Shown here: one piece after another, positions 35,301-48,500 of the stretch
How positions within the stretch are numbered: position 1 is the first letter of the stretch
Layout: every line of letters starts with the position of its first letter
Translations under genes and position numbers: made by a program
The notes under the pieces: generated by a model
What the model saw: the letters and a program-made list of their open reading frames with translations, nothing else
Told to the model about the DNA's origin: nothing
Databases searched by the model: none
Assembly: GCA_051362555.1 (NCBI GenBank)
Contig: CM120641.1
Coordinates: 3,348,001 to 3,412,000, forward strand
DNA: 64,000 nucleotides
Origin: Lingula anatina
Lineage: Eukaryota; Animalia; Brachiopoda
Direction: 5' to 3'

Positions 35301-38300
35301 GTGTAGTGGACTGTGTGATCACAGTGAACTATATGTGGTGGTCTAGTGGACTGTGTGATCACAGTGAACTATATGTGGTGGTCTAGTGGACTGTGTGATC
35401 ACAGTGAACTATATGTGGTGGTCTAGTGGACTGTGTGATCACAGTCAACTATATGTGGTGGTCTAGTGGACTGTGTGATCACAGTGAACTATATGTGGTG
35501 GTGTAGTGGACTGTGTGATCACAGTGAACTATATGTGGTGGTCTAGTGGACTGTGTGATCACAGTGAACTATATGTGGTGGTCTAGTGGACTGTGTGATC
35601 ACAGTGAACTATATGTGGTGGTGTAGTGGACTGTGTGATCACAGTCAACTATATGTGGTGGTCTAGTGGACTGTGTGATCACAGTCAACTATATGTGGTG
35701 GTGTAGTGGACTGTGTGATCACAGTGAACTATATGTGGTGGTCTAGTGGACTGTGTGATCACAGTGAACTATATGTGGTGGTGTAGTGGACTGTGTGATC
35801 ACAGTGAACTATATGTGGTGGTCTAGTGGACTGTGTGATCACAGTGAACTATATGTGGTGGTCTAGTGGACTGTGTGATCACAGTGAACTATATGTGGTG
35901 GTGTAGTGGACTGTGTGATCACAGTCAACTATATGTGGTGGTCTAGTGGACTGTGTGATCACAGTGAACTATATGTGGTGGTGTAGTGGACTGTGTGATC
36001 ACAGTCAACTATATGTGGTGGTCTAGTGGACTGTGTGATCACAGTGAACTATATGTGGTGGTCTAGTGGACTGTGTGATCACAGTCAACTATATGTGGTG
36101 GTCTAGTGGACTGTGTGATCACAGTGAACTATATGTGGTGGTCTAGTGGACTGTGTGATCACAGTGAACTATATGTGGTGGTCTAGTGGACTGTGTGATC
36201 ACAGTCAACTATATGTGGTGGTCTAGTGGACTGTGTGATCACAGTGAACTATTATGTGGTGGTCTAGTGGACTGTGTGATCACAGTGAACTATATGTGGT
36301 GGTCTAGTGGACTGTGTGATCACAGTGAACTATATGTGGTGGTCTAGTGGACTGTGTGATCACAGTGAACTATATGTGGTGGTCTAGTGGACTGTGTGAT
36401 CACAGTCAACTATATGTGGTGGTCTAGTGGACTGTGTGATCACAGTGAACTATATGTGGTGGTCTAGTGGACTGTGTGATCACAGTCAACTATATGTGGT
36501 GGTCTAGTGGACTGTGTGATCACAGTCAACTATATGTGGTGGTCTAGTGGACTGTGTGATCACAGTCAACTATATGTGGTGGTGTAGTGGACTGTGTGAT
36601 CACAGTCAACTATATGTGGTGGTCTAGTGGACTGTGTGATCACAGTGAACTATATGTGGTGGTCTAGTGGACTGTGTGATCACAGTCAACTATATGTGGT
36701 GGTCTAGTGGACTGTGTGATCACAGTCAACTATATGTGGTGGTCTAGTGGACTGTGTGATCACAGTCAACTATATGTGGTGGTCTAGTGGACTGTGTGAT
36801 CACAGTGAACTATATGTGGTGGTCTAGTGGACTGTGTGATCACAGTGAACTATATGTGGTGGTCTAGTGGACTGTGTGATCACAGTGAACTATATGTGGT
36901 GGTCTAGTGGACTGTGTGATCACAGTGAACTATATGTGGTGGTGTAGTGGACTGTGTGATCACAGTCAACTATATGTGGTGGTCTAGTGGACTGTGTGAT
37001 CACAGTGAACTATATGTGGTGGTCTAGTGGACTGTGTGATCACAGTCAACTATATGTGGTGGTCTAGTGGACTGTGTGATCACAGTGAACTATATGTGGT
37101 GGTCTAGTGGACTGTGTGATCACAGTGAACTATATGTGGTGGTCTAGTGGACTGTGTGATCACAGTGAACTATATGTGGTGGTCTAGTGGACTGTGTGAT
37201 CACAGTCAACTATATGTGGTGGTCTAGTGGACTGTGTGATCACAGTGAACTATATGTGGTGGTCTAGTGGACTGTGTGATCACAGTGAACTATATGTGGT
37301 GGTCTAGTGGACTGTGTGATCGGGTGTGTAGAATGTAGAACCGTGCCACAGTAAATCCTACCATACTTGACAGGGTACTTCTTATTTGATAGCTAGAAGT
37401 AGTTAAACACTTAAGTGAAAACATTTTCAGTGAAAAAGAAAGTTGCTTTGAGAAAAACATTCTTCTTCAATAAATGTCAAATTAATGTTTTTAAAAATCT
37501 TTAACAAAATAAAAGAACATTCAAAACCTTTCACTGTCAAAGTGGGAGCTTTTACAATGGGCAATTATGTATTGTTCAATGCACTGAGGTAGCATCCACA
37601 ATCTCTTAACCTAGAGCATACTTGTATTGAATATCCATGTACCAAGTATTCATGTATTGAGCACCTGTGTACTGAGTATTAATGTGCCAAGCACCTAAGT
37701 ACTGAGTATTTGAGTATTCGTGTACTGAGCACCTGCATACTAATTATGTACTGAGCACTGAGTATTTGTGCACTGATTCTTGTGTAACAAGTATTCATAT
37801 ACCGAGCACCTGTGTACTTGCAAATTTTTGTTTTATATAACAAAGAAAGCAGTATCATAGGCACAAAACCAGCACCCTTTGTTGACAAAGTTTTATGCTA
37901 TAAACCACAGTTGCTGTACAACTATAGTATACAGGCACTCAGCAGTACCTCAGGCACCATTCTGGTATACCCCAGTGCCTCAGGCACCATTCTGGTATAC
38001 AATAGTACCTCAGGCACCACAGCACCATACAAGTATACAACAGTACCTCAGGCACCATACTGGTATACAACAGTACCTCAGGCACCATTCTGGTATACCC
38101 TGGTACCTTAGACACCTTACAGATATACAGCAGTACCTCAGGGACCATTTTGGTATATAACAGTACCTTAGGCACCTTACAGGTATACAGTAATATCTCA
38201 GGCACCTTTCTGGTATACAACAGTACTTCAGGCATCATACAGGAAAACAAAACCAACCAACCCAGTGCCCAAGAACAACAGCTATACACCATGTACCATT

Positions 38301-41300
38301 CCACAACAGCTGAAAGGTGTGCATAGATACATGTATATGGTCACCTTGAAGTGGACGGAATATGGCTAAAAGTCACTGGACATGAGACGTCTTCTAAAGC
38401 CACCTAGGTGAAATGGCCAGTGGTAATGGTGATGGTGCCACGAAGCTATAAGACCAAATTTACAGGGAATTATTCACTATCTATAAGTTAAGATCACAGT
38501 CAGGAAAAATAAAGCATACCCAGAGCAGATTAATGCCATGAAACCTCTTCACCAAACTGATTTTGATCTGGTGGCTAGAGAAATTAATTTTGCTGATAGA
38601 AAGGGGAGAACATATGCGTATAAAGAGAAGGGCAGGAGGGGGTGATCTTTCATTGTAATTTTGACATCTTTTAGGCGACAAGGTGCTTTACCACAACCAA
38701 AGATAACGTTCAGCATAAAAACCGAGTGGTAAGTTACTGCAAAGAGAAGGCTAAGGACACGAACTGATGCTAGAAAGAAAAGAAAGAAAAGGTGAAATAC
38801 AAGAGCTCACTTCACTTGAATAAAGCAAGCAACAGTGCTGAAATCAAGGATAATAACTTATACTTTCTGTCCTGTTTTGTTATTGTTAAAATTTCTTTTG
38901 ATGTTTTTCAGGTTGCATCTTGAACATCTTAAGGCTTAGAATTAGGCTGATGTCATGAAATTAAGAACTACCAAATTAAAAATATAAGTTACCCTAAAAT
39001 TACAAACTAGTATTTGCTGAAAGAAAATTCTTTTTCATATCTTTTTCCTCATTATAAAGACTGGATGCAAATCTACATTACTTGACTCGTAAGCACCAGG
39101 CCAAATATTAATGCAGACGGAGAAAATATATCATTAAGTGGTATTTTGATAACTTAAGACAGCATCATTATACAAGTACAACTACTTTTATTTAGGTTGG
39201 AAATATAAGTATTTAAAACTCATTTAAAGCTTCAAAGGTGAATAAAAGAATATATGTTTAGATTTAATACCTAGAATGGCTGGTGTATAACTATAGACCC
39301 AGGGAAAAAAGGAACACAAATTCAGTAAAACCTTACAAGCTGAACAAAAGCAAGGGGTCCGAGTATCAGAAAAAAGTTGTTAACACTAAAAATGCCAAAT
39401 GTGATTTAAATTCTAGAGGTTAAAATCAGAAAAGCACCAGCCACCCAATAAGCTATTCCAAAGCCCCCAAAGCAGACAACTAAACCGTGTTATCAATAGG
39501 AAGGAGTTGTTCAATGTCAACCATATATCTGGTGGATCAAAAAAGGTTGGAACTATTAATTTTTTTTAATTATGTACTGCAATTCACTACAATCTACTCT
39601 GGCATACAAATGCATTGATGTAGCTCATAAAGCATCAATATGGTACTCAAAATGAAAAGGTGAATTTTCAATGAATTTTATGGATTTTTGCATTATCCAA
39701 ATGCACACTTTGGTGCATTTATTTTGTCCACCAGATAATTAATCCCTCAAAAACATTGAAATAAGTAACTTAATATGCAGTGTACCAAGAAGGATTTATA
39801 ATGAAGTGTATGAGGTTGTATAATTATCCACCAATTTTGATTTTTTTATACTTGTTTACACCCTGAAAAGGGCATTCAAAAAGGTGAATCAGTTCCATTA
39901 AGAAACATTAGTTCTTGTAAGTAACTAAATATCAAAAATTTGATAAAACATAAAGTTTGGGACAAATGAATTGCTGGACATTTGTGATTAATTATCATAC
40001 ATGATAAGTGGCTGACCAACAACTCCTTCACCATGACTTAAGACTTTGAACACCACAGGACAGAATACTAGATCAACTTTTGACAAAAAGCTTCCTAGTG
40101 AAAGCTTGCTTGAAGAGGTGACTCTAATACCACAAAAAATTCATAATAATATAAAATTTAATTAATAACAAAAAATTTAAAATAATTAATAAATAATTCA
40201 AAATTTAAAAATTAAAGTTTCATTAAGCCCAGGACTGCTTCAAAAGAGAAAGTAATAACAGAAATAAACCAAGAATCACCAGGAAATCAGATTGAAGACA
40301 AATGCCCCTTTGTGCAACATAAGTTACTCCAATCTAAACTACTCCTGTGAGACCACATCTTAATTCATCACAAGATAAAGCTGTCTATTAGGTCCACTCA
40401 GTACCTCTGGAGTGTCTTCCTATAGAGCTGTGTGGAGACTGACTACTGTCCTCCTCCTGGACACTGACACTGGACTGGTCACCCAGCAAACCAGAGGTGG
40501 TCATTGGCCCTAATGTCGTCTGCAAGGTTGGAATGTCTTCAGCTGACAGGAAAAAAATGACAGGATTTGAATTAAGTTATAAAAAAATGTTAAAAGGCAA
40601 GTCTGAAGTAAACTGAATGAGAGAAACACATCCCCTATTAGAAGTACAAACACCATCAAAATGGGGTGACTGACTTGAGGGTTAAAATATGACGTAAATA
40701 TATTTGAAGTGTAAAAGAATAAATATTTGACTTTGCTACTTTTTATGACTTGTCATCAACTATAAATTACAATACGATGGTGTTAAGGTGGCCTCGCATG
40801 CTAAATAGGGGATATCTGGCTTATATGTAGATGTAATGACTGAGTCATCAAAAATAATTCTACAAAACCATCCACAGGATCTGAATTGAATAATTACATA
40901 GATGGACTTCAAATATCCAATTTCTGTAAAACTAAAAAACTGAATTTTCAGGATAACAAGTTATAAAACATTCCACATCACAAATGATATCAAAAACATA
41001 GTATCTGAAGCTTAATTTCTCTGTTTGTCCCTGTCTGGTGTTAAAATACTGTGTACTTACCCTGTGGCAGCACAGGTGCAAATACATTGGCAGCAAAGTC
41101 TTCAAACATACTGGGCTGCTTGTGCTGTTGAATTATGTTGTCTAAATATTTGGCGCGCTCCTCAAAGCTGGGGATGACGTTAAGGACGCCACATTCGCAC
41201 ATGAGATTTTTCCAAAAGAAAGAAAGTTGGACCATGAATGAAATTTTTATGCACATACTAGCAAACAATTTCTCAACTGAACATCTGTTTTCATATTAAA

Positions 41301-44300
41301 TTATTTATTTTCTTTGAAAAGAAATCCCATAAAGCAATATGACAAACAAAGTCTCTGTATTCCTTATATGTAAAATTATTTTTGTGAGAAATTAGGTAAT
41401 ACATGAGAAAGCAAACAAACTTAATAAAATATCTGACCAACATGATTTATATTTCAGTTTCCTAATCAAACCAAAGGATACAATGGCTGGAAATATGGCA
41501 ACTGAGCTCGTTTGGTTCTGCTGGCATTGATTGCTGTGGCCCGCACTAAGCCTGGTAGAACCTTCTGGTCTACTATTGCACCATCAAACAGAGGACCAAA
41601 ATAGGGCACCTGCAGGGAGAAATAGCACTTTCATTATGCAGAAAAAAAATTCTAAAGGCTGGGGTCATTTCCTCAAAAGAATTTACATTAACTATGTTTT
41701 CTTGTTCGGGGTTTACCAAGTGGAATGTAAATGTTTGGGTGCCTATGATTGCATGCAAAACTGCTGCCAAATATTCTAAAACCTATTCATCTCATGCCTC
41801 CTCATTTCTTGTGCAATCACCAGCTTTTCTATAGTCTACTCAATGCCAGGAGGAGGCGTGTTAGTCTGTTGATCTGATTGCATTCAGCAAGAGTCCCCAT
41901 GGAGTTAGCCCACAATAGCTGGGTCAACAAAATTCATTGCTCCCTGGAAAAGCAAAGTCCATACCTCTGGTTTCCTGTTGATCTGTATCCTGTACAGTTC
42001 ATTTTGTAGTGGATAAATGATGATCAGAACATCTCCAAACTCTGTGGGGATGATACCACGACGATAGTCTCGGCTGTGCTCGGACCAAATTATCTGGATT
42101 TCATCATTCCCTAAGTGGCGAAGCTGTAAAATCAAATAAATGATCATATGATAAACAATAAGATATTGCAATTGAAACAATTTCCTCGAAATTGGATTCA
42201 CATTCTCTCGAAATTAATGAGTTGAGTTAATTAGAAAGCTTTACTTTAGATGCAGCAAGTGGTATTTTGACCACTAAAGCAATATAAAAGTCATGTTTGA
42301 CATGACATGTTATGACATGTTTGAGAGGAAGATTTGTTGCCATCGAAGTCTTATATTCAAAAACATTATGCCTCAACAGCAAGCATACACCATGTATACA
42401 TTCATATGCCTTCGTGTCATGAAATAATATTTTCCACAAATTTCATAACCACCTAGCCTACAACAAACAGACAAGAAGTAACTTTGAAAATCATATCATA
42501 TTGGTCAACATGGCAGCCAGCTGTGAGCACTCACCTTCCTGTGCACAGCATCACTACTGTCAGACGGCATTCTGGTGGAGACGTGGAAGATCACCTCCAT
42601 TGTGGACGTGGCATAGTATGGCGCTGTGTCCCCTGAACTCTTGTTCTGCTGAAGACCCCCCAGGAAGCCAGTGTGGTGCTCCAAGTCAACCTGCAGAGAG
42701 AGAGAAAGGTATATTTGCAGTGAATAAAATTGTATTATGTTGTAGGGCTTTGATGCTTCTCAATCTTTTAGCTTTGTATTTTGAGTAGTCCTCTCTCTAT
42801 CTCTCTCCTCTGAATATAAAAATGCATTTAGCATATTATTCAAACTATTCAAAGTAGTTTACATGTATTGGGAGCTACTCTTTTGACTTAGCCACATGAA
42901 ATGCCTACCTCCAAGTCCTGCCAACAAGTCTAAACAAAAACCCATCAGCTCAGCTGATGATTTTGCCTTTTAAATTGCCAGCATAACAGCTATCTGGGTG
43001 TACCTACCTCCCAACCTAGTCCTGCCACAAAGTCTTCATAAGCTTTGCTTCCTGCCTGAGTTGTTAATATGGACTGCTTGTCTTCCTGGCCCTCCCCCAC
43101 ATAGATCACTGCTATCTTGTGGGTCTCTCGACTGAAAGGCAAAATACAAACTAAGTCTATTATGGCATATCCCCTTTGGCTGTTTTTTTTTCTCTAATAT
43201 TTCTGGATAGATTTTAATGAAGTTTTGCAGAAGTCATGATTCATGTTTACGTACTTAAATCACTGCTTCAGAGGTGTAGTTGTTTACTAAAAACCTTTTC
43301 ATAGGAAAGTAACAAATGATAATGTGTGTGAAAATATCAGTTAAATTTGAACTTTACCATCTCTGTTTATCCAGATTTTTCAGTTCTCTTAGCAACTTGT
43401 CACTTTTGTGCAGAAGATCAAAACTTGTTCTGAAATACAAATTTAAGGTGAAAACAAATGTTAAATATCAAGTAAAACCAGCTTAAAAATGTGCAGCAAT
43501 TGGACACTGAATTTTTTGACATAACAGTAGTTTAAGTTTAATTGTTTCATCTATCAAAGAAATCTGGTGTTAAGAAATCTCTCTTTAGATGATACTGCAT
43601 ATAACAACCTTGCTCTACAACTGAAATCCTGCACCGAAAATTGTCACTTATTCTAAGCAATAAAACTTTATCCTAGTAGCATCAACATCTAAACAAATTC
43701 TCCTGTATTTAATGTTAGTTTTAATGTTCTGATAACAGCTACCCCAATGACTGCAGATACCTTTTTATCCATGTTAAGAAGCCCAGCTGGTTCAAGAGCA
43801 TGCGACAAGTTTGAAATGTTGACACTGGATCATGACTTGGGGCTGGTGTGGTTGATTTCGCACTCATACTGAATTATTAATATATTAATATATATATGCA
43901 AACATTTATAACTGTACATTGATACATGAGATTGCTTTGGCACATGAAATGAATCACATGAAAAAAAAAAAAAAAAAACACAGCCTAAATGTAGCCACAG
44001 AAAGTGATGTACATACATTCTGCCACATAAAAAAACAAAATTTTCTTACTAAATTGAACAGTATGTTTATCTTTATAGTTTCACTGAAATATACAACAGA
44101 GAGAAGAACTTTTTTCTATTTCCCCAAAAAAGTACAAGATTCTGCTAAACTGTTAACTAATATCACAACCACCTGAAGTCATCTATTTCCAATGAATTTC
44201 TCAGATAGAAAAAAAGTACAACCTGATGAAAACTTGAAAATATCAAAGCCAACCTTTTGTCCTTCTCATGTTCTGCAGTGTATTTCTCCTCCTGGCTCTG

Positions 44301-45514
44301 TTGTTCCTGTAGAGTTGCCATGGTTTCCTGTTCCATGGTGTCTGACAGCTGATCAGGCAGTCCTGCTGCTATGTTCAGAGGCTCTCCAGGCTGTAGTTCA
44401 CACTCAGGACTGGTCTGTCCGATATACTGGAGCAACTGATAAAACAGAGAGTGAGAGAGATGTAAAATATCTTTCAAGTCATATGCTACAAGTTTCTCAC
44501 CAGATTTTGAACTTGGGGATCAAAGCATATATTTAAGGTCCCTGCTGGGTTTTTAAATCTGTGATAAAAACATATAACAGATTCTCATTAGATTTTGAAC
44601 ATCTTTTTTTTTAACTGCTAACCCATGCCTATTGTGAGCAGACATAGAGAGATAAATAGAACAGAAAAGCTTTTGCATATGTAAGATTTCCCCTTGATAT
44701 TCAACATTGGGATAATTTTTACTGAAAAAACAAGGATCATCTCGAAGCCTTTGTAAGCTTATGTGTAGAATAATTGGGCCTAAAATACAGAACCCAACTA
44801 TCTAAGAAATCCAGAAGACAAAGTGTCACATACATGATCCAGACAGTCGTAGTCCTCCCCCAGTCTCAGCAGCTCTCTGACCTCAGAGGGGTGCACGGCG
44901 GGGTCGATGGTCCGACTCTCCGCCCTCAGGTACTCCAGGATGGTCTGCTCCACTGTACTGGGGGCCAGGTCCAGTAACTCATCAAAAAAGTTCATTAGAG
45001 GGCTGATCTCTGGAACAGCCGTGGAGACATAGATTTGACACAAAAATAATTTTATTTGCCACATTGGTTGGCAGTTTAGCCTAATAGTATCCCCTGATAC
45101 TCATAGTAATATGCTACTGTCATACTTCAAGTAAATATCAAACAGGAATAAAATATCATATCTAAACTGAGGATATAGATACCACCCTAGATTTAAGGTC
45201 CAGCTTCAATGTTACCTTTTTTTTGATACTGTAATTACCTCAAATTTCACTCCTACTTAATTTTTTTTTTTTTTTTTTTGCTAAATAAGTTAAATACTGC
45301 CTCCAAAGGTAAATTCCCAACTAGTCAATAAACTAGTTAATTATGACCAATTCTTGCAGTCTTATCAGGTGTCAGTGAGTAGACATTGTATTGTTTTAAT
45401 CAGTCTTTCCTTTTCTCTTCCTACCCTTTTATATTCTTTATTCACACTGCCTTGCAAAGTCTACAGAACAAATTGGATTTTAGACTCTAGATAAATATCA
45501 TCATCATCATTATA

Positions 45515-45546
<32 letters not shown>

Positions 45547-48500
45547 AGTCCTACCAGGTTGGTAAGAGCCTGCCTGACAGCTGGGAGGTCCATATAATAT
45601 TGCACTGTCCCATGAATACTTCCCCACAATGTCCCGTATGATCACTCTGGCCACCGTCTTCCCTGTGGTCAGTCCCGCAGTCACCCCTCCACCAGGGAGG
45701 TCAAGCTGAAATATAACAACAGTCTCATAGTTATATAATAGTTATAGTAATCTGGACATTATGTTAGCTGTGGTCAGTCCCGCGGTCACTCCTCCACCAG
45801 GGAGGTCAAGCTGAAAGAAAACAGTATTACAGTTAGCTTTATCATTGTTTTACATGCATAGTTTTATTCAATCAGTTCTGACCAATGTGACCATTATCAT
45901 AGCTGTGTGTGGTGAGTCATGAAACTTTCTCTCCATTAGGGGAGTCTAACAAAAAACAGATTTCAGGTTAAAATTTCCTTCTGTTCTCTCGAAGCACAAA
46001 AACACCATGTAAAATTCCAATCATTCAAATTCACTAGCATGTTATCTTTTGAAAACAAAAACTTTAAAATCATATCCATGGAAAACCTTCATTGGTTCTG
46101 TTTACTTAACACTGTGTTAAATAATTCACACCTTATCACCTGCACTACAGTAAGGAAAAAACAACTTACCAGAGCAGGAATTTCCACAAAAGAAATCAAG
46201 GTTGTATTGTTGAGCACAAAGAACTGAAAGAAAATTATTAACACTCAATTGAGAGTATTGTTTGAATGACATTTCAATAAATCAATGCCAGCAAAACATC
46301 AAACTATATTCCTTGTAGGTTAGAGAAGAATATAGGGAAATAAAACAACTAAAATGATGTAGCCCAAAAAGATGAACAACACAATTTTTACCTTTCACTA
46401 AAAATGAGTTTATAGTGGGCTACCTCCACTACCCATCTTGTCACATGTGCACACACACAACTTCAAATTTCCTATTAAACTGAAGAATTCATATTTCAAA
46501 ATATACAAAACTTAAGCCCAGAATTAGTTATTCATTAGGTTTTTTTTTTAAAAAAAAGCATCACACACATTTTATTCCTTAAGTCTTTAAAATGTATCAG
46601 GATATCAGACAGTTGACTTAGTTTACCTGGACATTGGGTGCTCTGAAGATGTCCGTAGAAAGCTCGTCCAAAGCTGGACTGAAGTCGTGATATTCCTGGA
46701 CAAAGGTATTGGACTTGGCAGCTCCTCCCCCCATTGGGAAGTGACCCAAGTGATTCACCAAATGACATAGGACCTAGGTAAATATACAGACGCATGAAGT
46801 GGTTGCTGATGAAGATTTTCTCTTTAATATTCCCCCTAAATGTTATCTTATTTATCACTCAACGCACCCTTTTCTCTTCTTTTTCTCTGAATGCTAATAG
46901 TGTTAACAACAGGGAGCAGAGAAGACAATGAAGTGGCCATTACCCATTAAAAGATGTGGTTATATGAAAGGTTTGTATACCAGAGCAAACAGGGAAAACC
47001 TATTACTCTAGCTGCCTTCTTGTTAATTTGACACGATATAAATTTCATGTTTAACATCTCTACTGCACAATGAGTATTTCACCCCAGAACACCTACCACT
47101 CTAGCTGCCAGTTTGACTAGATCCATATTGCCAATGTTCAACAGATCCACAGTAGGAGAGGCTGGTTTCTGGGGGGTCCCTGGGGCCAGGTCGGGGGTCT
47201 TGCTGAATGTGGGGGTGTTGGCCCCATCTTTCACCCCCTCCACATCAGACTCCTGGGCGTAGAAGTCTGCGAAGGACATACTGGGGTGCATCATCTTGGG
47301 GGTCAGCATGCTTACCCCGCCCACCACTGCTACATTGAGGACCTGAAATAGTCAAATATTATGGTTTATTCATAATATTGTTTTCATACTCTCTTACCTG
47401 AGTTTTTCTGATGATGATGATGATGATGATGATGATGACGACGATGATGATATATATGTAAATAAAATAACCATGGGGAAGATAAACGTATTTACCATGT
47501 TTTTATCTTAAATAAATAAAAGTAAACAATTTATATAAAAAATATCTTTATGTTAAAGTTAAAATATGATTTTCAACTATGCCTTGGGGGCTGGGCTTTG
47601 GGGGGGACATCACCCCTCCCAACAGCACTTGTAACCTATGAATACTTGTTGTCCACATACCCTGAACACTCTATACAGAATGCTCCTTCCACTGTCTGAC
47701 TTCTCTAGCAGTGTGTGTAGAGGCATGTGCATACACCACTCCAACATACAGAACATGATAGATACCAATAGCTGCAAGGATAAATAAATAAATAAATGAA
47801 ATGATATCAATCAGAAGAGATTTCTGAATCAAATGTTTATGAAAATTTCAACTTCATAAGATCATGGAAAAACATTCCATTTTTGTTTTATGATTACAGC
47901 AAATATAATTAAATGTGCAAATTAATTAACAACAACAAAATGTTCATATGTAAACAAATGAAAATTAGTACTTTTTTGATATTGGCAACTTAATTTACAC
48001 CCAAATGCTTTATAAAATCACCTCAATATATCATTTCAAACCAACTTTTCTGACATGTCAGATTTTGTTAAATTTTCATCACAATTTTCCTAAATCTATT
48101 TTACTCTACCCACCCTCTTCTCTTCTTCAGAATGCTGGTGCTCACTAGCAGGTAGCAGAGAAGACAACGTAGAGGCCATCACTTCTATGATCTTCTTTGG
48201 CAGATCAGGTTGGTGCTCTAATAGTGTGGGGATGTGATCACACAGCAATCTCAGCATGTCACAAGCCACCTGCGCCACCAACTTACTGTTGAACTAGAAA
48301 AGTAAGAGGGGAAAAATACTTGGTAAAATATATTTTTTATGAAGAAAATTAGGAATTGTCATTCTGTTTGGACTTTGTAACCTCTGCACTTGAGAAGCAG
48401 GTTGATAAAATAAAATGATTTTAAGAACAACTATACGTAAGTCACTGAGTGTGAAAGATAGTCACAGTATAAAGAACAGAGCTGCGTACAGTATTAGTTC

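Noticed and set aside
34397-37321. CRISPR-like array of palindromic repeats
   Set aside because: Units are head-to-tail with no unique spacers, there are no cas genes, and the context is a eukaryotic intron.
37812-38304. Repetitive-peptide ORFs on both strands
   Set aside because: Products of a 30-bp minisatellite with no start or splice support.
31544-40404. Suspected reading-frame mismatch between the last two RALGAPA exons, requiring a hidden exon (e.g. 37367-37392)
   Set aside because: On recount, exon 40405-40542 is 138 nt and ends in phase 1, so it joins 31543 in frame.
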